This document shows positions 23,503 through 37,500 of a stretch of DNA of 64,000 nt, piece by piece (position 1 is the first letter of the stretch; every line of letters begins with the position of its first letter). The position numbers were made by a program, and so were the translations under genes. Below the pieces are notes generated by a model, which made no database searches, had not been told where the DNA came from, and saw only the letters and a program-made list of their open reading frames with translations. Location of the stretch: contig KZ538257.1 of NCBI GenBank assembly GCA_000934665.2, forward strand, positions 1 through 64,000, written 5' to 3'. Origin of the DNA: Catajapyx aquilonaris. Lineage: Eukaryota.

Positions 23503-25272
23503 ATGGCCAGCAATAAGCCTTTCGTGCATACCACTGCAGGTCAACATGTGTCCAACCCTCAGGTGAAGAAGAGCCACGATGCTGGTGACCGTGACCCGGT
23601 GCTGGATTACTGCAATGCACACTCTACCAAGTATGTATATAGCAGGATATAAGTTTGAGCGGTGTAGAAGGAAGAACCAAACCGGTGGAAAAGGAAAGTG
23701 GGTGACGATGAATTTTGGAGACCGAGATTGTTGTTGGTACTGGACTGCTGAGGTCTGATCAATGACAGTGGAACAGTCAGTCAGTGGCAGGAACTTAGTC
23801 TTGTCAATGTCAGTCAATGTCATGTTGATAATATTACAACAATTAGAGACTGCATATGAAAAATAGTGGGTTGTAATATTTTGATGCAATTACTTGCTAA
23901 TAAATTGTGAGCTTTACAGGTACAGGGTGTAATCAGTAGTTTTTCACACAAGTTGATATTGCTGGATTGGTCTGTCATCACTGTGCCATGCCTACCTTGC
24001 AGTTATAAGAGTTCCTTGCACCCTGCGTCATATATGTTAGGAATGCACATCTATTTCATACTGACGTGAATTCAAGATGCAGGGATTCCTTAGACGCTTA
24101 GAGTCAGTTTCATCGTTTGAGGTCACCTCGGCACCGGGCAGCCGAGGGTATTTATTCACGGCTCATTTTGCTTGAGCTCTCTCTGTTATACATCCTCCTG
24201 CTCTTGCACAAGGTCTCTTGACATGCCATTAATCTGCTAGTCACACCTACCAAGTGGCTAGACTCCCAAGTCCTATGCGATTGATAAAGTATCAGCTAAT
24301 GATGAAATTTACAGGGTTATTCTACTTCATATGGACAAAATGACAATGTTATCAGAACTATAATCGAAAGACTGGGATAAATTATTAATAGTTTTAGGTC
24401 CACCCATACAGTGCATTGTCAGCGCACATTAAAAGCAAAAAGAAGCGATATCACGTAGATGTGAAGGACTTGGCGTCAAAAGTCCAAATCTGGGTTCAAC
24501 AGTACTTGAAGCTGTATCTTGATGCTTAACCTACTTAGCAAACTACAAGACACATCTTTTCTTGCTGGTATGCATTTATTGGAAGATGTAAGATTTCTTG
24601 CATTGTGGACAAGCAGGTGACCTTGGATTGACTGAGTCCATGACACTAATTTTTATACAACTTAACTCTTACAGGCCAACTCCAAGCCAGGAGAAACTCA
24701 CCCAAATGACACTGACCCTTCCCTATGGCCATATAATGGGTGCAAGGGAGGTAGTCAACTTGAACTGCCTTATGATCAAGGCTCTGGGGGCTCGCCGTGT
24801 ACTGGACATTGGGGTCCTGACTGGGTACAGCGCCATGTCCGCAGCCCTGGTGATGCCTCCTGATGGTAAGGTGGTGGCCTGTGATGTTAGCAAGGAGTGT
24901 GCTGACTTTGGTCGCCCAGTCTGGAAGGAGGCAGGTGTGGAAGACATGATTGACCTGCGAATTGGTCCTGCCTTGGACACTCTGGATGCCCTACTGGCTG
25001 ATGGGCAAGAGGGAACCTTTGATTTTGCATTCATAGATGCTGACAAAGTAAATTCCTTGAATTACTATGAGCGCTGCCTTCTCCTTCTGCGTAAAGGTGG
25101 CATTGTCTCCTTTGACAATACCCTGTGGAGCTGCCGTGTGCTGGATGCCAACATAAAGGATGAGGGTACCATGGCCACTAGAAGGCTGAATGATTTCCTG
25201 GCAAAAGATGATCGTGTACTCGTGTCCATGCTTCCCATTGGAGATGGGCTCACTCTTGTTACCCGCAAGTGA
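23503..25272 (+). CDS. Class I SAM-dependent O-methyltransferase (caffeoyl-CoA OMT/COMTD1/MdmC-like), copy 1, 241 aa
   Basis: Exons 23503-23630 and 24675-25272. Motifs RRVLDIGVLTGYS, FDFAFIDADK, SFDN, LPIGDGLTL. Confidence 0.92.
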
Positions 25273-25929
25273 GCATCAGTGCCTTGATATTCCTGCACCA
25301 ATTTTGATTTTGTTCCTATGACAATATGCACTGTTCTGTTTGTAATATTCTTTAAGTATGTAGTCAAAAAGCTGTTTACATTTTCATATGGTACTGAATG
25401 TATTATTCCTTAAACTCCATATTTTTTTGTCATGTAAGGCATTCCAGTTATGAAAATTTAATTAGATGCACAGTATTACTCATTACTGTTGGTAGTCATT
25501 AGTATCATTTGTTTTAATGGATTTTGTACTGATTTAAGGGAGATACGGTTAAAAATTAAATAAAATGTGATTGACTTGTGACACATGTTTTTCTGTGATA
25601 TCTTACCAATAATATTGCATGACAGATTCAAGGGTAGTGTTAGTAATAATAGTGCCAAATACATTCTTGACTAACATCCATTTAAAAATTAGACCCCAGC
25701 TAAAAATAGTGCATGACGAAAGTGGTAGTTGGCTCTAATCCAGTAGTAGCACCATATCACACATCTAATCAAGCACTAATCATGCTGATACATGATCAGA
25801 GGGATTTTCTGGCCCTTCAGGGTGACCCTTGTCCTAACCACTTGTTGCAGACAGGCACTGCAAGTAGTAGTCTCACCTTTTATATCGGAGAGTAACGAGG
25901 CACAAGTGAGTATCCGAACCCAGCTGCTC

Positions 25930-26782
25930 ATGGATAATCACGATACTCCACGAGTGAGGAAGAGCCACCATGCGGGCCCAGCTGATCCCATATTGGACTA
26001 CTGCGTGAAACATTCTACCAGGTGTGTGAGATGTAGATGTAGAGGTTGTATGACAGGAATTTTTTGAATGTGATACATGAAGATCCATTGCAGTTTTAAG
26101 TAGAAACGTTATTTGCAATAATTATAGAACCTGCGTAGATCATGATGAGCAATGCGGCATTGAAAATGTACTTGACTATTACAGACCAACACAGGTTCAG
26201 GAGAAGCTGACTGCTCTGACCCTGACCCTCCCTCAAGGCCGTATGATGGGTGCAAAGGAGGTGGTCAACCTGAACTGCCTTTTGATGAAGGCTTTGGGTG
26301 CACGCCGTGTACTGGACATTGGTGTCTTCACTGGATACAGTGCCATGTCTGCTGCACTGGCGCTTCCTCCTGATGGCCAGGTGGTGGCGTGTGATGTCAG
26401 CAAGGAGTGGTCAGACATGGGTCGGCCCTTCTGGAAGGAGGCTGGAGTGGAGGGGAAAATTGACATGCGAATTGGTCCTGCTGTGGATACCCTCAATGCC
26501 CTATTGGCTCAGGGACAAGAAGGCAGCTTTGATTTTGCATTCATAGATGCAGATAAGGAAAATTATCAGACCTACTATGAGTGCTGCCTGCGCCTTCTTC
26601 GTAAGGGTGGGATCATATCATTTGACAACACATTTTTACGTTGTCGTGTAATGGACCCACAAGTAGATGATGGCATTGTTGTAACAATGAGACAACTTAA
26701 TGATTTTCTAGCAAATGATGAGCGTGTCATTGTCTCCATGCTGCCCATTGGAGATGGGCTCACTCTTGTTACTCGGAAATGA
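25930..26782 (+). CDS. Class I SAM-dependent O-methyltransferase, tandem copy 2, 229 aa
   Basis: Exons 25930-26021 and 26185-26782, with the same intron position and phase as copy 1. Motifs RRVLDIGVFTGYS, FDFAFIDADKENY, SFDN, LPIGDGLTLVTRK. Confidence 0.92.
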
Positions 26783-29558
26783 TAGCCTGTATGCTAAATA
26801 TTTGGGAGTAATTAGTTGTTGATTTTTCTCTTTGTATCAACAAATGTTAGGGAAAGCAGATTTGCCAGATTTTTTATTGGGAACATGTAATTATGTGCAT
26901 TTCTCTTTGATACAAGTGCCCTTAACATACATCAGTTTATATATTCACGGTATCAGGCAGTGTCAACTAAAAGTCTAACACAAAATATTGTAAGCATTTA
27001 TGTGAAACATTGTTCCCGTTATCAGCTTGTGATGTTATGAACATATCCTCCTTGTTAATAAAATTTGTTATGCAAATACAGAATGATTTACTTGCAGGAT
27101 TGTGATAACCAATGGTTATAATTTTACATTCTTATTATTTTGTGATATTTAATTTATATTCCAAGTATAACACCTGCGTGTAGGGCATTCAATGTGCTGC
27201 AATGCAACTACGCACACTGTCCTCAGAGGGCACTACTCACAACTACACCTGATGGTAAGCTCCCTCTTGAGTTGAAGTTGTGAATCTGAAGAGTTTTTCC
27301 AATCCGCATGTCAACCTTTCCTTATTCGGAGAGTCACACCTACTATTTATCACTTGGAGAATCCCTATAGTCGTAACACTGTAGATCCACATTTTTTTCT
27401 TCTTCTGAGTTCCTGGAACACTTTGTATTCATCCCACCTTAGATCCTGCATTGTGGGCATTATTCTGTATCATGTATATTCAGGGACGGTTTAAGGATCC
27501 GCGGGGCCCATAGCACTACTGATAGTGGGGCCTCCTGGGCTCCATGTACTCGTACATAATTGCATTTTGCAACTCCCTTGGGCAGACAGGAAAAATTACG
27601 ACTGACTGACCATAACCTTGGGTATATGCGAATGGAGAAATGGCAATATTGCATATTTGCATTAAATTTAATTTACAGAACAATAGATATTTTGAATGTT
27701 TGTCCATGACTTGCTTGAGCAGGCCATCTTTAATGTAACGGTCAGGATAACTTTGCTGAAAACGTTTTATAACTACGCGTATTATCCTGAACTTTAAAAA
27801 TCAATCTATCAAGCTTTCATATGGTTCCCAGCATGCTAAATCTCCATATATACCTTGTAGCTTAGACTTGATGGGACAGCGCAAACTATACTGAAGATTT
27901 AAGGGATATTTAATTAAATTCATTAATTTAGGCGTGTTTAACAGGAGTTAAATTGTGTACAAATTTTGAACTGTATTTAAACTCTTACTTGCAAAACTTC
28001 ACAAGAAGTATTCACACTCCAACTAAAATAATCCTGCATCATTTACTGTAGTTATTAGGATCAATACAGTCTTCGAGCATAGACACTTGCAAACACATCA
28101 ATTTTTATCATTTTTTTGGCGTCTGTTTCAAATAGATGTTATCCCATATTTTCTAGAACCCACAGTTTTTAAGTAAACGGCATTTTTTTTAAAGTGGCAA
28201 AGAACATCCCCTGATATACTATAGGCCTGAATATGTACTGTATATGCAATATATTGCCGTATCCTCACTATCCTGACATAAAATTCACATGTTGATTTTC
28301 TGCTGTACCTGGCTTGAGGAATAACATCCCTCTTGACATACGAAGAACAAGAGGAATTGAGGTAATAATAGTTGATACATATTACGCTGCGTGGGTACAT
28401 TATGAAATCCGAGTAAAATATTCACAACATAGCTTGGTTATGAGTCGTACACTGAAATTCCTCATAATTTGACACTAATTTTTAAATAGTAATGGATAAT
28501 AAGACTTAATTAATGGATGGCTCACGTTGCCCCTGTTGTGACGGCAGTAAATGAACCAAAATCTTTACTAGGATTTACAAGTATAAATATTGCAGAATTT
28601 TAAAATATACATAGGGTCATATTGAGCCATATAGGGTTTGTTTCAAGAAGATTGTTGCCGATAGAAACCTTCTGACGTAATATGCAACACTATAGCGCCT
28701 CTGAATGCGTAAAAAATACCGTACCTAATATTGTTCACTTGAAAAAATATCATCGTTGACCAGTGTAAATGTAACCACTAAAATAATTACAGACCTAGCT
28801 CTGCTGTTCAGTAGCGTGCCTGCACAAGAAGTGTGTGGCCCTGTGTGCACTCTGCACTGTGCAGAAGTACGGGGCCTACGAGATTTTTCAGGCTTGATAC
28901 CGGATTGGAAAATGAATGACACATTTTGGTTTATATTAGTGAAAGATAGGATGCCACACATTATTTGTATTTACCATATTTCATTTGTCTATTTTCAATT
29001 GCAGCCTAGCTAGTCCCTCTAACACCATAGTACAGCAGGTGCAGACCTATATGTATAAGTGAGGGAAATCCCGACCTCATAAAAACCTGATCCTATGGTG
29101 TACACTACATATTAGGTCTAGACAATATGATTACCCTTGATATACTGGCTGCCCATGAAGGGTACAAAGGCCCTGAAAGGACCATTTCCGAGAAGACGGG
29201 GATTAATCGGACCAGAAATGCGCCTAAAACCAGACACAACCAGCACACATCACATGCCATCCACTTCTCTTTTTATATTATATGGAGAATGTCCGGTATA
29301 CAAGAAACTCGTTCTTTTTTGTTCCCCCCATTCTGAAGATGTGTGGACGTCACATGTGAAATTCTACATGTTGAGCCGGTCCTGTCGGTCCGTAACTTTG
29401 AGGCTGGAGGCTGTTATGTCACACTTCGTTTTTGTGGTACCACGTGGGTGGCTGGAGGTCAATGTCACACTCGGTGCTTCTGTACCGAGGAGGGTCACTC
29501 GTCTCTTCGCCCGTGTGTAACCTCATTTTATCTTATTACGATCATGAGGTGTATCGCA

Positions 29559-29604
29559 TGCCATAATGTGGAACATATATTAATATATGTTCCACATTAT
29601 GGCA
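29559..29604. repeat. Perfect 46-bp palindrome centred on TTAA
   Basis: tgccataatgtggaacatatatt|aatatatgttccacattatggca. Confidence 0.9.
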
Positions 29605-32109
29605 CCATTAAATCTGTTTTATGAAATTGACAAATTGTAGCTTAAACATATTGAAAAATTATGCGTAATATTATCTTCATAATAATGATTAGAGCCTGCC
29701 TCCAAGCCTGCCTCTTTGTTCGTTCTCAAATTAGGTGCTAATAGTAATGTGTTATAGAGTATATGCGATGTAATTACTTTGAGCTTACTGCACTGACTAA
29801 GCACTTAAGGACACATGCACTTATAAAGTTGTAAGTGGAGGTTTTGTCAATAGCTTCGCGATTATAAAATCCAAGTGCAACTTATTATGTACGTACGATA
29901 CAAAACTGTCAGTTAATTAGCGCGAGACCAGTACATCCGCACAAATTATGGTACCCTACATCCCGTTGAAATGATGTTCATGCTAAAAATCATAGTTACA
30001 CTATAATCATTTACAGCCTCATATACGAAATAAATAAAATAATAAATGCAAATCAGGGCGAAACCGATACTGTACAAAGCTGGAAATTGTCAAAAAAAAA
30101 AAAACAATTTCGCAAATTTTTAGTATACATTAGCTGGACATTAGCAAACGCTGCTAGTAGTACTCGTACATGCCTCTCACATTTTAAAGACTTTTATATG
30201 CATATAATATGACCATCTCACTTTGCCTAGACAGGTTATGAGAAAGGAAGGGAGGGACCAGCACCTGATAATTATAGGGTGTCCATTTTCAGAAGGTTGA
30301 CAGTCGCAGTACGTGTCGGAAGGCATGCAGGTAAAACTTGTCGAAGAAAAACTCACACTCAAAATAAAATACCGACCTTGGGAATGCGCCATAATAACAA
30401 ACCGGGTTACAACTGGGTTACAATTGAACTTACATTTGTTCATATATATATATATATTTGCAGTTTCCCTTGATAATCTGGTTTATACTAGACCATATTT
30501 TGCGTTTCATTGTAGTCTTCCTTGATAATATGTTGGATAGTCTACCAGTGTGGTTATATAGCATAATATTCCCCCCTAAAAATGGCCAACAGGCCAGCTA
30601 ATGGGGTAAATAAATAATAAATAAAATAAATATAGCATAATATTTCATGTAAATGTCATGTAAGCTCACGGGATTGGGAAATTGGAAAAAGTGTCATTGT
30701 TGATATTGTTATTGATGTTGATATCTACATATATCTACATATCTCTAAATAAGGATGTTTGTGAGTTTGTTTGAACTTTATCAGTAGAAATCCAGGGGAA
30801 GGCCCACACACTGCCTTAAACTAGCATATCGGGGTTTAGATTTTTCGAGCTAATGAGCCTCGTGACCATCAATAATAATAATAAGGTCTAAACGGACGTG
30901 AGAATGTACTGTACGTCATTTCTGACACCTTTGCAGTCAATGTCAGGTTACTTTCCTTCTCGTAACACTGTGATCCATGCTGCTGCAATAAAACCAGAAT
31001 CACTCTCCTAATAGCGGGTTTTTCGCTCAGATGCATAAGAAGCATCTCATAAAACTACTGATCATGTGCGTCATATGTGTTTTGTATGTATAACCTACTG
31101 GCCTTCTATTGCTGTTTAGTGCTTTCAATAATTAATCACTTCCGTTTCGGCTCAATTGGAATACTTTCCTATTCTCCTCACAATTTCAGGTGATTTACTT
31201 GTGATTTACTCTACATGTGTTATGCTACGAATAATTTCCACTCATTTTTATTTAAATTATTAACAAAATTTTTTCCCAAAAGTCCAACCTGCTACACCTT
31301 TGCTTACTATTTGAATTCGTCAGATTTGATTCAAATTAACACATTTTCCTCACTGCCCGTACACCTCAAAGTTCAAGGCGATCAAGTTCAGGTGACATTG
31401 CTCCTAACCGGAAAACGCTTTAGCTACATACGTGTGCGTATACCTGGGGAAAAAACTGTGATTCCCTCGGTCACGTTCGCAGAAACATACGATCGTCGCT
31501 AAGTGTTTGCGATAACATTGCGGGAAGGCCAGAATTAATTCAGCATCATATATCCGATGGTGCGAATTACAATGATGCACTTCATAAGTACGGAAAGAAT
31601 GTGCGTCACATTCCGCACTCTGCCTGTATGGGAGGGCTCTAATTACTCCTAGAGGACATGGAGTACATTACAAGTGCAGATGACCGCACGAAGATCGCAC
31701 TTTGAAGAACATGACAAGGAACAAGAATTGCTGTGTTAATGGTCGTACTTTCTCACTGACCTCCTTCCGGTACAGGGTCATAGTTATAAAATGTCCCGCA
31801 AAATCGTGTTTCGCACATTATTTGGCGTCTTTACTTTTATAGGTTGTCCAACTTAAAAGAGAAGTTTAAAATTCAAAATGCTATTTACTGGATATGTGAT
31901 TTTTTTTGAGGTCATGAGAAAGGCATCCGGATGACCTCTGTCAAAAAAATGGCCTTGTGACACAGCGGTACACAGCCAAAATATATTGGTGTGTTTTGAA
32001 CAAGAGAGGTCAAGGGGTCATTTGTGCTGGGCGGAAATTGTGAGGAAACGCCCCAGGAAACATGAAAGGTGAAATACAAAAAATTATTTTTGTTTGATTT
32101 CATGTAATA

Positions 32110-32229
32110 TCCTCCTGAGACCCGGAGTACAGTATACTGTACCTTTGTTTTTGTTTTTTTACGCGCTTGAGTTAGAAGGTGCTGGAAAAAGCAAAGGTAC
32201 AGTATACTGTACCAGGGGTCTCAGGAGGA
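32110..32229. mobile_element. TA-flanked ~120-bp MITE (family shared with 47301-47427)
   Basis: TIRs tcctcctgagaccc..gtacagtatactgtacctttg / caaaggtacagtatactgtac..gggtctcaggagga. Confidence 0.8.
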
Positions 32230-33091
32230 TATTATACAGAGTGTGGGCATTGTCCACAGTTTGAAGCAACAATTACGACAACGGAATATGGCTTTCTAAT
32301 ATCGTTGCTCTAAATTATTTCGGAGTTTAAAAAATACATAACCTTTTTTTTCTTTTCAGAGCACCAACCTGTGTAGTAAAAGTTGAGGAAATAATGGGCG
32401 ACCGTCTAGCCAACTAATAACTCATAAATTATACAGAATATGGTGGTGTTGACTTTAAGCATAAAAATCAAACTGTCAAGTTGTAACTCATAGTACACCC
32501 AACCTGGATGAAAAAATTATCTGTATGTGAAGTAAAAGACCGCAACAAGAACTAAAATGAATCTGGTGCAATCTAATCCATTTTGCACCCAATGATGGTC
32601 GTAAATGGCATGGGAAAACCATATTACGAAGATATAGAAGAGTACTTGCTATAAATCTGGACTTCTCGTAAAATCAGTCATAGTGCGAAGGTTTCTAAGA
32701 AGGAAGTGGGAGATAAACCTGTTTCAATTATTGGACATCATGATTGTGCATAACATGCTACACATAGTACGTAAGAGTGACGACTGGCCTAGGGAAATTT
32801 GAATTCAACTGGAAATTTTTATTGCAGCAATTAATTCCCCTTTATCAAGAAACTCATTGGGAAGCACCTATAATGGAACTTGTTACAGGATTGCAAAATA
32901 TACAAATATAGTGCGATTGTAGCAGATGACGCACTATAAAATGCAGAAAATGATCAGAATATCGCATATATCATAAGGATTTGAAGTTGTAATCATACGG
33001 GATCATTTTATTTAAGGGACTGGAATTGATTGATTGGAAATTTCACTTGATTATCAAAAAGTACCACTGAATGATTAAAACTGTTCCTAAT

Positions 33092-33256
33092 GGGGCCGTG
33101 CAGACGGGCCAAGCTTGGCCGCGGCTGGCCGCGGCCCTGGCCAACTTCCAGGAAGTTGGCCCGTGGCCTGGCCGTGGTATTGCTAGGGGGCCGCTAGGTG
33201 TGAACCGTCGCGGCCGCGGCCAGCCGTGGCTAAGCTTGGCCCGTCTGCACGGCCCC
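33092..33256. mobile_element. GC-rich MITE, ~45-bp TIRs, 3-bp direct flanks AAT (PIF/Harbinger-like)
   Basis: aat|ggggccgtgcagacgggccaagct ... agcttggcccgtctgcacggcccc|aat. Confidence 0.75.
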
Positions 33257-34511
33257 AATGTCACTGATAGTTCTGTACTCTTTTGCATTAGTAATTTTTC
33301 GATACATTGAGCCTTACGATATTACTGGCGTCACAAATGGGCAACAATGACGGTCAATACCAGCAGATATGTGACTAACAGTGTCTTGTGACATCAGTAC
33401 TATTTTAAACATGAATATATTTTTAATTTTTTGGCGTTAGGAGGAAGGAAGGTACCATTCGTGTCATATTAACATGGAGCAATTAAATATCATCATCCTA
33501 CTATTTGATGACATTAGTCCAGCTGGAAACCTTGTAATTCCGTTTGCAATTTTTATTCTCACCTATTTAAAAAAATAAACCTGGGCCTTAAATTTCATGC
33601 CTCCTGCAATAATAAATCATCACCAACAATCCAACAGTTTCTTCACAATTCGATGATGAGAATAACAACTGGGACATTATACTAATATAATTTTTTGACT
33701 GTCCAAAATGACCCATATCTTCCTGATTGTTGCACCGAACATCTATGCCGATGCTGCAGAAATATTACTTCCACAGAGCTAAGATGTATAGTCTCCTGCG
33801 TCAAATTCTCTCCACCCAATGAACCGGACTCTGCAAACCCACACATGGCCATCCCCCACTATGTAAAATTGTAAAGCATATGTGCATATAGCAGGTGCGT
33901 ATAGCCCGAAGGGAAAGTCCCCCCACCTCCGAACATATAGGGTTCTGAATTCCCCCTAAAATACGACGTCAGCATGGGGGACTTGTAATATATGCCAACA
34001 TGTGAAGTTAGCCGAAGGAGCCGAAGAATGACGTATGAGAAGGGCCTGCGATGGTACGATGAGGGCGGGACTACAAAAAGTCACATGTGTGTATATTCAG
34101 GGGATCCCTCCTCATGCTGGGTCACTTCTGTGCTGGACACCGATACTAAGGTGTGGACCCTAGTACATAGTGTTGCAGCACCCTGGACATAGGCCTGCTT
34201 ATCAGAAGGTAAGGGTGTTTAAATTTAATGTCGTTTATAAATAGCAAATAGAACATTTTTGAAAAACTTATTGGTTGTCTTACACTGGGCCTCATGGGTT
34301 TTAACAATTATAAAAATTATTTTAAATTAAGCCACAGGGTGAGACATATCCTGGCATATCCATGCCTTTGTTTTAAGTACAGGGACTTTTAGGAATTGGA
34401 TGTACTTTATTAACTATTCAGTTATACCAATAATGAGGGTAAGAGAAGACAAAGTGATACTGTTTCTCCTATAATTTGATGATAATTAATTTTCTTTCAT
34501 CTAGCAATAAC

Positions 34512-37500
34512 ATGGAGGCAGTTCCTGATGCTGTGATTGTCCGGAAAGCCTGCAAAAAATACGGAAGAGGACGTAATGCCCATGTCGTACTTAATCGACT
34601 AGATTTCGACGTGAAAAGGGGAAGCATGTAAGTAAAAAACTTGCTACTTATCATCTTGACTAGTTTTTATGCATATTGCCTGGAGCAAATAGATGAAGGT
34701 CATGCAGAGGTAAATAATCGCAAAGGAGGTGACCAAAAAAAAAAAAAAAACGTACGGAGGATATGTGATGGCGAACTTGACCTATTTTTCTTCCTATACT
34801 GAACAGCAGGACGCGGTTTGTAATACTTTCACATTCATAACAATACATCATTTGAATATTGGAACGCGTCAGTACGCAGAAAATATTTTATAGCTTGTGC
34901 GCAGGTGTTACATCACTATATTTAAAATAAATGCGCAATGAAGTTGTCCAGTGTTGAACAAAAATAGTCAGATTAGAAAAGTTTGTACCAAGCACTCTGA
35001 ATAATAATCAACAATTAAATGACTTCTGGGAGGAAGAAATATTTATAGAAAAAAATGCTAAATTTACTGAGATCATACAAAAATATTATGTAACGAACAA
35101 GTTTCCACTCTGTGAGGTTTTACTCTACTTTATTATACAACGTGGTGCACTGACCATCGTCTCTGTTGGGTAGGGAAAGAACTAGTTGCTGGAGTAAACA
35201 ATCCATAACTTATTACCTTCACCCATTGCAGCACTTTTGTATGTTACTGTACGTGACATTTTGCTGACTAACAGTGCAAACATAAAGAGTCCAGGAACCC
35301 AAGTGCTGTACAAATACTTAGATAATTCCTTAGTACGTATTTAAGCAGCAACTAATATTTTAGTCCCTGAATTCTGCCATCGCTCTTTCTCATGGCCGTA
35401 AACAAACATGGAGAAATTCAACAATTTTTTCTTCTTCACATCCTCAGACGTTGACATTGAAATTCACTGATGTAATGTCCACCTGTTTCCCATACTAACA
35501 TGTAAAACTTGTTTTTAGTTACGCCCTTTTGGGTGCCAGTGGATGTGGGAAGACCACTCTTTTGTCCTGCGTGATGGGCCTTCGAAAAGTGGACTCAGGA
35601 ACAATTCGGATCTTCGGATACGAGCCCGGAAGCAAAGAATCCGGAGTTCCAGGTCCAAGAGTTGGATACATGCCCCAAGAAATAGCTCTGTATATGGAGT
35701 TCTCCATAAGGGAAACCATGGTCCTTTTTGGACATCTATACGGAATGACCGACCAGGATATCCTGGAGAGAATGAATTTTTTGATTGGATTTTTGAAGCT
35801 TCCTGATCCGGCCAGGGCTATTCATAGCTTGAGTGGTGGACAACAGAGGAGGATATCATTTGCACTGGCTCTTTTCCATCAGCCTGAGTTACTCATTTTG
35901 GACGAGCCGACCGTTGGAGTGGACACCCTTTTGCGTCAAACGTAAGTTGAAATCACTATAGTGTGTCAATATTCATTATTAATAATTTTAATCTGATTGG
36001 CAGGATATGGGATCATCTAAGAGTTCTGACCAAAATGGAAAATACGACTGTGATCCTCACTACTCACTACATAGAGGAAGCCATTAGGGCTCAGGTGGTT
36101 GGGTTCATGAGGAAAGGTCGCCTGATGACCCAAGACGCACCGGATAACTTGCTTCGTAGACACAGCAGGTCAAAGCTGGAGGATGTGTTCGTGTCGCTCT
36201 GTATTCAAGACAAGGCGTCAAGAAAAGATAGTGGTTAGTTTACTGCTTTTTATACTGATAGGCACATGGAGCATATTGCATGTGGATTAAGTCAAATCCA
36301 ATGCGCTAAAAACCTTCCCCGTTAAAAACTACCCCTAATGATCTTCCTGGAGCATATGTTGAGGCCTCCGTATTGATTTGCATCGGGAACATACAGACAT
36401 ACGTTGTGAAATATGTATAAGATGAGTAACTTATACAACACTTTTGCAGAAATTGTGGCGGATGAACCACCGAATGAGAAGATCATGACTTTTTGTGAAC
36501 AACCACCATCGAAGGCCCAACGTAATTCCACGTTTCGAAACCACCTGGGGGCAATTTTGCTCAAAAATTTTCAGCGTGTTCGTCATTACACATTGTAAGT
36601 GCTTGTTATCTTTGACATGTAACGAACATATCACTAACTGTTACTATCACACTTCAGATTGTCCAGCCTTTTCGTCATGGCGCCTACCCTGGTTATGCTG
36701 ATGTTTTGCCTGGTGCTAGGTGGTCCTTTGAAGAATCTCAAGATGGGTATAGTTAATCACGAATGGCCTCAGGAGCCTATATGCCAGCCTTTTGATGACT
36801 GCCTCTTTCTGAACCTTAGCTGTCGGTTCATTAGTCACCTTGACCATAAGATGGTTCAGTTGGTAAGATTTTACTGGTTATTTCTACACAAAAAAATTGC
36901 AGGAAAAGTACAAAATAATAATATATCATCTGTCCAATTAGGAACCGTACGAAGATGAGAAATCGGCCATGGAAGCTGTCGAGAAAGGCCTTGCATGGGG
37001 TTATTTATATTTTCCTGCGAATTACTCCGACAGCATCATAGAAAGGATATGGGACAGCACCAAAGCCGATAATGGAACTTTTCAAAATTCGATAATGACT
37101 GCCAGAATGGACATGAGCAGTAAGTATAAATAGTACAGTACATATCTATAGTGTTTAGGGCGGTTGCATGAAAGTAAATCAAGAAATATCCCATAGTGTC
37201 AACATAACTAACAATGTTTTTCTTGCAGATGAACCTCTTGCTCTGTCGGTTCAGAGGATGGTGCTAATGAGCTTTCAAGATTTCATAAATGATATGTTAA
37301 AAATGTGCAATATCAGTCCTAATTACGGAAAAGCTCCAATTCAGGTAAGGCCTATTGGTTTACGCCATTTTGTGTTTTTTTTCAACAATAACTGAATATA
37401 TTTTTTGTTGCAAATTGCAGATTGGAAGTGCCATATTAGGTCCTTCGGAACCGTCGTTTCAACACTTTGTTCTTCCAGGAATGTTAGCCAAGTGAGTCAT

